From Callorhinchus milii (taxonomy: Eukaryota): a stretch of DNA of 64,000 nt. Both the position numbers and the translations under genes were made by a program. The stretch lies in the NCBI RefSeq assembly GCF_018977255.1, contig NW_024704743.1:89282001-89346000 (forward strand), in the 5' to 3' direction. Within the stretch, counting starts at the first letter, position 1; every line of letters starts with the position of its first letter. The notes beneath the pieces are model-generated. The model was not told the origin of the DNA and did not search any database. It saw only the letters and a program-made list of their open reading frames with translations. Positions 26,990-39,174 of the stretch are shown here, piece by piece.

Positions 26990-28277
26990 TCAACGTCGGT
27001 CACACCTCTTCCTCCACTCCCTCCTCGAGCCCCTGCAGTCTGGTTTTCACTCTGCCCAAAGCACAGAGCCCGTCAAAGTCACAAACGACGTCCTCTCTAT
27101 CTAGGACCAGGGCTCCCTCTGCCTCCTCATCCTTCTGGATCTCTCTGCTGCGTTCGACACAGTCGACCACGCCATCCTCCTCCACTGCCTCTCCTGCCTC
27201 GTCCGCCTTAGTGGGACTGCACTTACATGGTTCGAGCCCTACTTAACCAAACGCCTCCACATCATCTCGGCAAATGGTTTCTCCTCCCACCTCCATCTGG
27301 TCACCCGCGGGGTACTCCAGGGCTCCATCCTTGTCCCGCTTCTTTTCCTCATCTATATGCTCCCACTTGGCGAGCGGAGTATGCGGATGACACACAAATC
27401 TACTTTGCCTTCTCCAGCATCGACTCCAGATCCGCCAATGTTTTATCAGCTTGTCTGGCAGACATCAGGCCCTGGATGAGAGCAAACTTTCCACAGCTGA
27501 ATGTGGCCATCCCGTCAACATCTTGGCTCCCATCAACGTCTTCACTCCTGCGGATCTGAACTCCTCAACCTCCCTGAGCTCTCCCTCAGACTCACTGAAC
27601 CAATGGCAATCTAGGAGTCCACTTCGACTCCCAGCTGTCCTTCCTTCCCCACATCCGGTCCCTGACTAGAACCGCCTTCCTCCACCTCCGCCACATTGCC
27701 CGCCTGCGACCTTACCTTACTCCAGATGCAGCCGAAACTCTCGTGCATGTATTTGTCATCCCCACCTGGATTACTCAAATGCACTCTTTGCTGATCTCCC
27801 CAGCTCCACTATTCAAAAAAATCCAACTCATTCAGAACTCTGCTGCCCGCATACTGACCTGGACCAAATTCCATACCTCCATCTCACCAGTCTGTCCAGG
27901 CTCCACTGGTTTCCCATCACCGAATGGATTGACTTAAATTTTCTCACATTTGTGTTCAAATCCCTTGACTCCCTTGCACCTCCCTACCTTTTCGACGTCC
28001 TCTATCCCCAGTGCACCACCTGGTGCCTCCGCTTGACTGGCACCGGCCTCCTGCTTATCCCTCGCACTCTCCGGGCCACCATTGAAGGTCGCTCATTCAG
28101 CCGCTATGCCCCGAAAACTCTGGAACGCTCTCACTCAATCTCTCCCGCCTGAAGACGTTCCTTTTCGACCGTGCTTACGGTCATCTCCCCCCCCGTTGGC
28201 TCGGAGTCAGGCTCCGCCACTGTTAAGCGCTTTGACACTCTACCCTGCATGGAGCTCGCTATGTAAACGTATCATTA
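26990..28277 (+). mobile_element. 5'-truncated degenerate L2 LINE
   Basis: Remnants of QSGF, LLDLSAAFDTVDH, YADDTQIY, IQLIQNSAARILT and GRSFSRYAP. Confidence 0.9.
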
Positions 28278-28567
28278 ATAAACAAATAGTTCAACTCCAA
28301 GTTAGCAATGATTTTCTTTCAGAAGGTTCAGACATTACAGCATCACATCATATTTCTTTACATGCTTTGACTGTTAGTGCTGACGAATGTCCTTGATGTT
28401 CTGTGTGTGATTGATCAGTCCAACCTACTGCAGGAATTGTGACATTTTATGCTTGTTTTGACTCACATGTGTCTGAGAAGCAGCAATGTGAGTCTACTCA
28501 GCCGTTCTGTGTGTGTATATACGTACAAACCTATGTATATAGACGATGTGATATTGTATGTTATGAA

Positions 28568-28660
28568 AAGGGTACCAAAAAGTCATGATATCTACCCTAT
28601 TATCTAAACAAAATTATTTATTAGATATTGTAATGGTATTACGACTTTTTGGTCACCCTG
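28568..28660. mobile_element. Tc1/mariner-like MITE (family A), shorter copy
   Basis: Ends agggtaccaaaaagtcatgata and tattacgactttttggtcaccctg; the interior is a reverse-complement match to 53841-53958. Confidence 0.75.
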
Positions 28661-28677
28661 CAAATATGTTTGTGTGT

Positions 28678-28791
28678 CCACAAAATGCACAGATTCAATT
28701 TACAGTATGTCCTGTGAAGTGCTTGGAGATGTCTTGATGACGTGATAAGGCACAATATCAAATGCAAGCATTATTATTTATTATTATTATT
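28678..28791 (+). mobile_element. SINE tail upstream of exon 5
   Basis: Shared tail ending in (tta)n. Confidence 0.85.
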
Positions 28792-28804
28792 GTATGTGTG
28801 CCAA

Positions 28805-28960
28805 TTTACACACAGCCAACCTTTATTTGGGGGATTATTGGCCAAGGCACCAAGATAAACCTTTTAACTTGAATAGACTTATGGGATCTTTAATGTCCAC
28901 CTGAATAAGAAGGTGGGACTCTTGATTTAAGGTCTCATCCATAAGATGGCGCCTCCAACT
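28805..28960 (-). mobile_element. Partial DeuSINE-like copy upstream of exon 5
   Basis: atgggatctttaatgtccacctgaa is the reverse complement of the Deu core. Confidence 0.7.
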
Positions 28961-29002
28961 ATTAAAATTCATTTAATAGTTCTCATTTTTTTCCTTCTGT
29001 AG

Positions 29003-29164
29003 GAAATGATTTATTTCTGGTCGCAGTTCATGAATTGGGCCATGCACTGGGCCTCGAACATTCCAATGATCCAAGTGCAATCATGGCCCCGTTTTACCAG
29101 TACATGGATACAGAAAACTTCCGCCTTCCCCATGACGATCTACAGGGAATCCAGAAGATATACG
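29003..29164 (+). CDS. mmp16: MMP16 coding exon 5: catalytic zinc motif and Met-turn
   Basis: ttccttctgtag|...|gttagt boundaries, 162 nt. (G)[53 protein letters not shown] with HExxHxxGxxH; the correct frame is not in the ORF track. Confidence 0.98.
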
Positions 29165-29424
29165 GTTAGTAGTCACACTTTACATCTTTTGGGGGTGCTT
29201 CCCCACAGGTCGGTAAATTCATGGACTGTGGTGTTGATGTGAGATTATAGCAAGAAAATTCATAGAATAAGTTCATACTGGCAAGTTTTGTACATTCTGG
29301 GCGAGTGGAGATGTTCAAATATTCATAATTCCCAAACTCTATAAACGTACAGATCTGTAGAGAATCATTCATTATATAACTATTATTCAATGGTTTGGTC
29401 ACTTTCTACCTTTATGTTTAACAG

Positions 29425-29642
29425 GTCCACCTGATAAGGTGGTACATCCCACAAAACCTTTGCCTACAGTTCCTCCACATCGCTCTAATCCACCTTCAGA
29501 TCCAAGGAAGCCTAACAGACAGCCAAGACCTCCACGGCCACCCACTGGAGATAAGCCTTCCCAGCCTGGTGCCAAACCTAATATCTGTGATGGGAACTTC
29601 AACACCCTAGCTATTCTAAGGGGAGAAATGTTTGTTTTTAAG
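29425..29642 (+). CDS. mmp16: MMP16 coding exon 6: proline-rich hinge and start of hemopexin domain
   Basis: tgtttaacag|...|gtagga boundaries, 218 nt. (G)[72 protein letters not shown]. Confidence 0.97.
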
Positions 29643-29805
29643 GTAGGAGATCCACACATATTAATACTTGTAATTCACACATAGTAATATTCATTATTAC
29701 TGGAATAACAGTTTTCTTTCAGTTTTAAAAAACGCCTTGAGAAATCTAGTCAAGGGTCAAGATTCCTATTACAGGATTACCATGGTTGAAAAGAGGAGAG
29801 AGAAG

Positions 29806-30038
29806 ATAATAATAATAAAAATATAATAATAATCCTTGTATTTGATATAGTGCCTTATCACGTCTTCAAGACGTCTCAAAGCACTTCACAGAATATACTC
29901 TAAAGTGAATTGACTGTATACTTTGTGGGTGAAACGCAACAGCCAATTGCACACACAGTGTCCCACAGACAGTCATGGATTGAAGTGACCAATTTGTTGT
30001 TATTATTTTATTTTGAAGAAATTATTACCCCCAGAAAA
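29806..30038 (-). mobile_element. Partial tRNA-derived SINE downstream of exon 6
   Basis: Reverse complement of the shared tail and SINE body. Confidence 0.88.
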
Positions 30039-30382
30039 GATGAGATGAATAGTGATATAATTAATGGGTTAGGTAACAGCAAGCTTAGATTTTAAAACAC
30101 TTGTAAAGTAGAGGAGTATTGGACTCAGGCTATGAAGAGGGATGGTGAGCTGCCAGTTCAGATTTAATTGCTTCATACAGAGACAGATGAATACAGGGAA
30201 ACCTCATTATAGTGTGAATGTCTCGGTCCAATGTTTTACTTACCCCATTATAAGCAAGATATGGAAAAAATGGCTGACTTCAAGGTACGCATGCACATTA
30301 AGCATGAGAAGTGCCACTGACGTCACTTCACAAAGCATGTGATATCAGCAGTGAGCTGACAACTGGAAAGCTGGACATATTT

Positions 30383-30816
30383 TGTGTCAGTTTGGCTCAG
30401 TGGTAGCACTCTTGCCTCTGAGTCAGAAAGTTGTGGAATTAAGCCCCATGTCAGGACTTGGAATCACATAGTCTATGTTGGTACTCCCAATGGGGATGCG
30501 CTTCATCGGAAGTGTTGTCCTTTGGAAGAAACATGAAACCGAGGTCCCATCTGCCTGTTCAGGTGGATGTTAAAGATCCCATGGCACTATTCGAAAAGAG
30601 AAGGGAGTTTCTCCCTGTCCTGGCCAATAATCTCCCAAATAAAATTGGTCGCTCATTCCATGGCTGTTCGAGGGACACTGCTGTGCGTAAACTGGCTGCT
30701 GCTTCTCACACACATAACTGCAAAGTCAATCCACTATCCTGTAAAGTGCTTTGAGACGGCTCAATGGCATGATAAGGCACTATATCAAAATGCAAGGATT
30801 ATTATTGTTTATTATT
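30383..30816 (+). mobile_element. Full-length DeuSINE-like element
   Basis: Head tgtgtcagtttggctcagtggtagcactcttgcctctgagtcagaa; core aaaccgaggtcccatctgcctgttcaggtggatgttaaagatcccatggcactattcgaa; shared tail with (tta)n. Confidence 0.88.
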
Positions 30817-31300
30817 AGTGTGGGGAACTGGCTAGTCAGTGCCAGAAACAGGGTGCATTGCACTACCGGTTAGCACAAGTCCACACTAGAGCCAAGCTAC
30901 AAGCGGCGTGGAGTTATATTGAAGGTCGCTAACACAGGGTTCCCAGTGGAGACAGATTGCATTAGCAAATTCAAGATAGAATTAAATAGCTATTTGGCAA
31001 TGAAATCAAATAGCAGGATTTGAGGGATGGAATAATGTCTTTTTTGTTAATATTTTACTTGAGGACCAGCCAGATGAATTGCAACACTCTTTCCCAGGAC
31101 AGTACATCCTATGTTCCTATTGAAAGAAGATTGAGAGAAGAAAGGAGTTCCATAATAGAATTGTTCATTTGAACATTTCATTGCCAACAAAAGCAATCAG
31201 CCCCTGTCTCTATTCTGTTCGGGAGATAACATGCATCACATACAGAGAGCTCAGGGATGAGAGAGTCTCTACAGTGTCTTCAGTATTTCTGGGTCCTAGG

Positions 31301-31614
31301 AATAATAATAATAATACTTGCATTTGATATAGTGCTTTTCACGTCTTCTAGACGTCTCAAAGCTCTTCACAGAATATACTGTAAAGTGAATTGACTGTAT
31401 ATTTGTTGGTGAAACGCAGCAGCCAATTGCACACAGCAGTGTCTCACAAACAGTCGTGGATTGAGTGACCAAATTATTATTGTTTTTTTCCTTGAGGGAT
31501 TATTATTATGAGTGTGGAGTAAGGAAACTTGCCCAAGGTTTTGCCCTGCTGGGAATCGAACCCAGGTCTCTTGTTTGCAAGGCAAGAGCTCTAACCACTG
31601 AGCTACAGGACTCC
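31301..31614 (-). mobile_element. Full-length tRNA-derived SINE (short variant)
   Basis: Head ggagtcctgtagctcagtggttagagc...ggttcgattccc on the minus strand; lacks the middle segment seen in 13652-14010. Confidence 0.9.
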
Positions 31615-34381
31615 TACATTACATTGAAAGAAATTTCATATATCCCCCCACTCCTGCCCGCAAAATAAATTCCCTTTAGTTAAAGGAGTTCTCCGGATTT
31701 AGCTAGCGTGTAACTGCCCAAACAAGGTTTCTTTCATCCACATCCTTAGTTGTCTCTTTCACCCCTGCCCAGTCCCCACGCTGCTGATCAATAATTTCCA
31801 TTTCAATAAATATGAAAATCTATTCAAATAATTTGATAAAAATAACATATGTGATTCTTCCAAACTTGGGCTCTATGCCTAACTCGCATAGACAAGATTT
31901 GATGAAAATTGATTTTAGTTCAATGCAGACTGCAAAAAGCAGATGCCCTTGGAAACATTAAATAAATACATCTGCCTAAATGTATTTCTCATTGCCAAGG
32001 AGATTATGTCTGTTGTGAATTTTCATTCTGTACTTGTGCTAAATGTTATGACAAGAGCAGTTTTAGAAGGTATGTGAAATGTAGAGGGATATCAGTGCTT
32101 TTCCCCCACTTCCCGGTAATCAAGTCCAATCAGATACAAGGTCTTCCATCTCAAACCACAATTCCAAAGGTTTTCCAAGTTAAACTTTGATTAACATTTG
32201 AAGGGGAAAGAGTATAAAAGGATGGAAGTAAACTCCTTAAGCAGTTACATCTTGGATTGGATTCACACTGAGTGGGTATCATTTATGAGAGCCAAAAATG
32301 GCTTATTTAGGGAACGCTGGCTTAACTCAATTTGTTCTAGGCACTTGAAAAATCTCCTCCCCGCCCCCCCCCCCATCCAGCAGGAATCTAGGATGGCAAT
32401 GCTCAGGGCTTCTCAGATTTTGGTGGGAGCATTCAGACATTGGGAGGGGGTGGGCTAGTTCTCAGAGTTCGCAGGGTAGGTCTTAGAGCGCTTAATAGTG
32501 GTGGAGCCTGACGCTAAGCCAGGGGGAGCGGGGAGGTGTCCGTACTGTCTCACTTACCTTCCACTTGTCATTGTGATTTTCTTAGAGAGAAACCAAGACA
32601 CTGTATCTCATATAGAAGGTTATGCTTGAAGGCTTAGTTGAGGAAGGGCAGGAGGAGGCTCATGTGGAGCATAAACAGCAGCATAGACCAGTTGGGCCAA
32701 ATGCCTGGTTTCTGTGCTGTATATTCTAATGTATTCTAACATATATAGTTGAGAATCAGTTGGTACTTTGAATTCTGCTGCTGATAAACTATCCTGATTT
32801 ACAAAGGGGCCTTTTTGGCGAAGAAGAAAATTAGTGTGACAATTTTGGCTTTATCGAACCTTGATATTACAGAGCTGCTTTAATGAGACCTGGTTCTGTA
32901 TGGCTGAGTGTACATGGCTGTAATATTCACCCTTTTAACTCAGTGAACCAGATTCATCATGATGGGTGATAACAGGCGAATAACTGCACAGCAATTGCAC
33001 ATCTTGTATGCACTAACACTTATGAAGGTCTTGTAAACTATGAGTGGTGGCTTCCATCTATTGTTTGTGAGTTTTCCCCAATGCATGGAGGAAGTTCATT
33101 GGGGTCAGCTGGTGTTGCTATCTGCCAGTATCAGTCAGTGACCACCCAAGAACTTTTAACATTTACATTCTTAAGTTTAAAAGTTTACTTAGCATTGGCT
33201 GGAGTTGGCACTTCAGTTATACTATACACAGTATAAAGATTTCCTGGCTCCAGTCCTACTATTGCTTTTCACAATGCTGAAGCAGTGGTGTTCAGCCTAT
33301 GGCCTGACATATTTCAAAGTGTTGTTCTAGGTGATTTAGGGGGCTATATGGCATAATAGATATCAGTGGTACAGAAACAGTGGACTAAATGGATCTATGG
33401 AAATTGTTTTAATAGGGTGAAGTTTATAGTGTTCCTTAACTTGTACTTTTGTCCTAATAAGCACAAAGAATGCATTAAGAAATATTTGGAAATTTGTTCC
33501 TGATTTAGAATTAGTATAAGATCTCCTTTACACTCTCTGTGATGAATGGCTGATACTTCCCCCTGGTCCACACAAACCCAACTCCGTATCAGCTCCCATA
33601 CCCACCCCTGCACCACCCCCCACCCCGAATTGTAAATCTGTTCTCGGCTGTGGGATTCCTGGTTCTCACTCCATATTAGGAATGTAAACATTGATGTAAA
33701 TCAGGATGATGTAATTGTTGGGTTCTTGTGATTTTTTTCCCACTGCCTGATCCGATGGATGTAACTGTGTGGATCAGGATGTTCATTACAGAGACCTTTA
33801 TAAGATTCCCCACCCCACCCCCAAAACTGAGGAGCCTTACATCATCTTGTCTCCGAGGTTAAGAACGGAAAAGGATCCTTAAGACAATTTCAAAATGATG
33901 TTGGATTAGAGCGAGACAGGGTGCCTCATGAAGAATAAATGACATAATTGTGTTTTCCTTTGTGTAAAAAAAAGACTCTCTTAATCTAGGGGAACTGTTT
34001 TGGATGAAAGGCATTTTGATGGTTGTAATGATGTAATTTGAAGCTATGATTCCTTCAACCGTGTCTAATCACTCAGGCACACACCATGGCTGATGCATTC
34101 CAAGCGAGTTAAGGATTGAACTGGCTGCTCAGTTCCAAAGTGAGAGAAGAGAGACAGTTTCTCATATTCCTCTTTGCACCAGGATCTGTAAAATACCAAA
34201 TTAACCGGGTTTGTGCCAATTTGCAACCTCACTGTCTTGATGCCTGCAGTCATATATTATTTATGAAGACGTTCAGATGCCCAGTACTGCAAGTTTTATT
34301 ACATACAGTTTGTTTTGCAAAGTAAATTGAAGCATCATTTACAATCTTTGGAAGATACAGCAGGGGTGGCGGGAGAGAGGA

Positions 34382-34455
34382 AATGCAATCTTCTTAAATG
34401 CATTGCATTCCTTAATTATCAGCGGGGAACAGAATGCATTTAGGAATATTGCATT
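34382..34455. other. Isolated 74 nt hairpin
   Basis: aatgcaatcttcttaaatgcatt and aatgcatttaggaatattgcatt are 21/23 reverse complementary. Confidence 0.7.
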
Positions 34456-35761
34456 ATCCCAATTAAGATTTTCAATTGCCCCCTTCCTTTCCAACTTATC
34501 TCTATTTCTTCCGTTGTCCAGAACCACTCAGTTCATCACATTTGCCACAATACTTTAGTCTGTATGCTTCATTTCAGAGAATCCTTTCTTTCTTGTCCGA
34601 GTACCAGGAAAATGAAATGCCACATGCTCTAAACATCCTATATTATCTTTCGAAACTGTCACCCTAAGTAATTGATGGCTTACATTATAAATAGAATAAT
34701 ATTTTCAAACTTGCTGTTCCTCTCTGTTTCCTGTCTAGTCAGCCCATGTCTCGTAAAGGAGAAGCCTGGCCTAGTAAATGTTTACATTGCTACTGAAGAA
34801 TCAATCTTATGGGTTTGGGTATTGTAGTCTACATAGAGCAGAGCTCTGCTTACCCTGTGCAGGATCTACCCAGAAATGAAGTTTTGAGTTTTACAATGAA
34901 TACTTCTTTTCAAAAGACATTGAAGTCAGAAATGCAAAGATTTGATATGGTATTTCTTAATATGGACTCTGTGTCCCCCATGTTAGACCCCGATATCTGA
35001 CTGGAGATTGAACCCTTTTTATTGATTGAATCTTTTCAGGAAATAGCAATAAATCTTTGCATTCCATTCAACTGGGGAGGAGGGAGTGAACTGCTTGTGG
35101 CAATGTTTTTTATGTTTCTGACCAACAAAGCCACCTATGCCCAGATTTTGCTTTTTCCATTGCATTTGCTCATAAACTTCTGGTCCCATTGTGTTTAACG
35201 TCCATGTCTGACTTCCCACAAAGGTTTAAAAAAAATTCCTTTCAAAGTTTTATTCTGGTACATTCACTCAATGCCGACATGTAACATGCTCAGTGACATG
35301 ATCTATAACTTTGTCTTCTGTGGTATTCACAATAGTGCTTTTATTTTAAAACAACTTTGATTCATATGGTGCCTTTCACAGAAATGAATGCCTCAAAGTA
35401 CTTGACAAATGTAATAGTACACAAGAGATATAGACAGAACACAAAATACTGCAGATGCTGGAAATCTGAAAACAACACTTTGTTTATGTTGAGATTTAGA
35501 CAGGTAAAGGCACGGTCAAAGAGTTGCCTTTTTAGGAGGTTTTTGAAGACAAGCAGAGAGGTAACAATGAGGTGGTATTTGGAAGAGAATTCCAGTGAAC
35601 AAGGGCAAGATGGTTGAAGGCTCTGGTGGCCAATAAAGCTTGCAGAGGATGGGGGTATCACATGTAATATGTCTTGTGGTGGGAGAGAATCAGGCGGCAG
35701 AGTTCTCCAGATGCCGAATACATGGAATTTTTTTTAGCAGCTGTGGATTTTTAGATGAGAG

Positions 35762-36152
35762 TAAGCAACACCAACAACTTGGATTTATATAGAGCGCTTT
35801 ACAGTAACCGATCCTGGCACCGAGCGGGGAGGAAGGTGACCAAAGGCGCGGTAGAAGAGAAAGGTCTTCAGCAGAGACCTGAAAATAGGAAGGGAGAGAG
35901 CGAGGCAAAGAGAGTGAGGAAGGGAATTCCAGAGCCTCAGGGCATAGTGGCTGAAGGCACAGCTGCCGAGGATGGATCGGAGGACTCAGGGGACGAGGAG
36001 GAGGCCAGACCCGGAGGAACAAAGGCAACAGGTACTGTTTTGAGGAGAGAGGAGGTCAGAGAGGTAGGGGGTGCAGAGGAGTCGAGGGATTTGAATACAA
36101 GGGTGAGGATCTTGAAGTCGTATCCTCTCTGGGACAGACTGCCAGTGCAGGC
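35762..36152 (-). mobile_element. L2 3' fragment, same subfamily as 20425-20855
   Basis: Extensive near-identity to 20425-20855; (ttg)-like tail. Confidence 0.9.
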
Positions 36153-36299
36153 AATGAAAAAGACAATCTTTGCATTAGACAAATGGAAAATAAACATTTT
36201 TCATCGACCAATATTAATCAATTCATATCTTAGCCAAAAGAGGCTTTGTGTAGGACTCCCTAACCATTCTTATTGCTTAATTTTCCATCAGTGCAGATG

Positions 36300-36545
36300 G
36301 TGGCTGCCTGTTCAGGTGAATGCTAACAATACCATGGTGCTATTCGAAAAAAGAAAGGAGTTTCTCCTGATATCCTGCCCCAACAGTTTTCTAGATAAAT
36401 CATTCATTCATATCCTAGATGTTTGCGGAACCTTGCTGTGTTTGCCTATGGTAATGTCACTACACTCGGCAGATATTTCCTGCAAAGCGCTTTGAGTCCA
36501 TTTGACATCATAGGTGCTATATCAACTGAAAGGATTATTATTGTA
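36300..36545 (+). mobile_element. DeuSINE-like 3' part
   Basis: ctgcctgttcaggtgaatgctaacaataccatggtgctattcgaa plus a degenerate tail. Confidence 0.7.
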
Positions 36546-37299
36546 TTCAAAAATTCTGCATCAGAGTGGCACATTATTAACAGTCTGCATCCTTTTTTTC
36601 TATGTGTTGGTGCATGTTTTTAGCTGATAAGTGAAATGAATGCAACATCTGCTCAATCTATTTGGATATATAGGCAGCAGTTACTATAGAAAATGAATTT
36701 GCCCAGAGTCCATTTGGATCACTGTAGAACAGCTGTGTGCCACATTTTCTAAATGTGATCATGCCTCACTGCATCAGAGACCACCTGCAGCTTGGATACA
36801 GACGCGATTTAGTGACAATCTGGCAGGGGAAAGAAACACCTCTGTAAACTTTCTCCAAAACCTATTGTGTGAGCATCTATAACTGGCAAAAGAAAATTTC
36901 TACGCTAGAAAGTCTGCACATTTTATAGATTGCTGGCCTTGTTGATGAAACAATTACTGCTTAGAGTCCAAAATAAAAGATGGGCAGAACCTGTGAGAAC
37001 TACAACAATAATTAAATTTGTTTAATTTGGGAACTATCATTGCTCTCATGTAGGTCTGCACATTTTCCACAGAATTCTGCGCTTTTGCTGGGATGGAGCT
37101 CAATACTCTGTCCTAATGAGCAGTCTGATGTACCAAATCTTATCACCTCAGTTGCTACCTGTTTCTCTATACTCAGGCATCGGTGTTTTTCAGGTGCATG
37201 TGAAAGAGTCAATATCATTTCCTTAGTGCCAAAGCAAATAGCATCTGCATCATGATTTACTACATATATAATTTGTTCATTTTCTCCTATTATCCTCCT

Positions 37300-37910
37300 T
37301 AAGGGAAAGTAAGTAGGGTCTCATAGGATCTGAACTGGCTCCAAGGTGCTTGACAATGAAATGTTGGAAATGAGTTCACCCTCTGTGGTAGTCTTAGAAG
37401 TCCATTTCCTGAGCGAGATGGATCTGTAGGGCACTGCTGATGACAGTAGTCAATCTGACTCACCATCAGACCTGGAAGGGCAGACCACTGGAAACAGGCA
37501 TTCTTCCCACTCAACTCCTGTTAATCCTGCCAACTAAAGTCCTAACGGTAGGGTGGTCGAGTGGACAAGTAGTGGGAAAGCTTACCATAAAGCGCTCCAA
37601 GAAACCGTCTGGCATGAAGGGCGTTATATAAATGCAAGTTGTTGCTATTGCTCTCAATCTATCGGGTTTTAGTTGGATAAACTCCAGCACACTCCGGGTC
37701 CCTAAGCTTTGACTCTTGCCAACCTGCCCCTATTACTTTCGAAAATTAGGTAAGCACTGGCCCTCCAAACAAAGAGAGAGAGAGTGCATATTCCATTCAG
37801 ACCAAGGAACATTTCCATGCGTTGGTGACATACACATGTAGGACTCTGTCTGGTTTGGATACTCTAGCATGGTGATGGGTTTACACATGTGTCAGATACT
37901 CAGATGACCC
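37300..37910. repeat. Family C repeat, near-complete copy interrupted by a short L2 tail (about 37588-37648)
   Basis: Reverse-complement similarity to 5405-5858 and 50405-50795. Confidence 0.75.
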
Positions 37911-38130
37911 GATAAATTCCTCTTCTCAACTATTTATGTGTTTGCCAAACGCTGTGCATAGTGAAATCTTCATCCTGGATGGAAAGATGCATTATATAGC
38001 AGTGATGTAACAGTGTGACAGTGAGAGAAACTTACAGAGATCATTAACATTTTGAACATTGGTGTTCAGCATATTTTGATGGATCTAAATTGAGATTCCG
38101 AAGCGAAAACACATCACAGTATTAGCCTTA

Positions 38131-38260
38131 AAACCATAGTTTTTCGATTATACAGAATTGTAAAAAATTCTTAAATTCACTCATAATTTGGAAGCCAGTT
38201 TTCTACAGTGTTTTCAAAGCCCTTTGAAAATTAAGAATTTTCCAAAATTCTGCAAAGTCT
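38131..38260. mobile_element. Palindromic MITE-like element (family B), degenerate copy
   Basis: cagaattgtaaaaaattcttaaattca ... aaaattaagaattttccaaaattctg. Confidence 0.6.
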
Positions 38261-38299
38261 CTGGTCTCAGATGCTGTCACTTTGCATTGTTTTAGTATT

Positions 38300-38528
38300 G
38301 TTTACCTAGCAGTAAATAGGAACCTAGATGTTAGTCGATTATCGAATCGCTTTTCCTGGGGTAATAATCCCTTCACAAAAAATAATAATAATTTGGTTTC
38401 TCAATCCACGACTGTTTGTGGGACACTTTACAGTCAATTCACTTTACAGAATATTCAGTGAAGCGCTTTAAGATGTTGAGAAGACATGATAAGGCACAAT
38501 ATCAAATGCAAGGATAATATTATTATTT
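38300..38528 (+). mobile_element. Headless tRNA-derived SINE
   Basis: gtttacctagcagtaaataggaacc body plus shared tail. Confidence 0.82.
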
Positions 38529-39174
38529 TTTCCATTCCTCTCTTCCTCAACCTAAACCTTACCTCGAATAGCAGAGGTGGTGTCTAAGGTTCAAAAGTGC
38601 TCTAAACTGAACAAATTCAGCACATACTGAAATAATCTAGTTTGGATTCAAAGAAAGATGTCAGTGCTCATCCCTGGTGAATAATGACCATCTTTTCCAG
38701 CTTTCAGAACAGGTCTGTTTTCTGTCAACTATCATTTGTCAATGTCATTACAAACGAGAGATGACAATTCAGATTATTATGAACAGGGTTTTTGTTTTCA
38801 ACCCTTGAATAATTTGAAATTGAAATTCTCCAAAGCCAGTCTCAAGTTGCAATGATAGTAACTGAGTCAAGGTGACGATAATAATAATAAGCCTTGCAAT
38901 TAATATAGCACCTTATCATATTGGATGGTTCGTTCTTACCACTGGTCCTTAACACAGTTGGAGCTATGAGATATTTTAACTACTCTTCTGGTAAATATCC
39001 TCTGCCACTACACTGTGTTTCTTCCTACACTGAATCCAAGATTCTACCTGGTATGAAGAGTGCTATACAAATACAAGTTATTGTTGCACAATTTGCCTTT
39101 TTTACCTCTTTAGAGTATTAGTTTCTCCATGGACCTCATTTATATGGCCATACATATCTATTTGCCATTGAGAC

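Noticed and set aside
29006..29242. 78 aa ORF overlapping exon 5 in another frame, and antisense ORFs over exons 4 and 6
   Set aside because: Alternative-frame shadows of real coding exons with no independent support.
35755..36495. Longest ORF in the track (246 aa)
   Set aside because: It is the antisense reading of an L2 fragment running into unique sequence and a DeuSINE; there is no protein-like signal.
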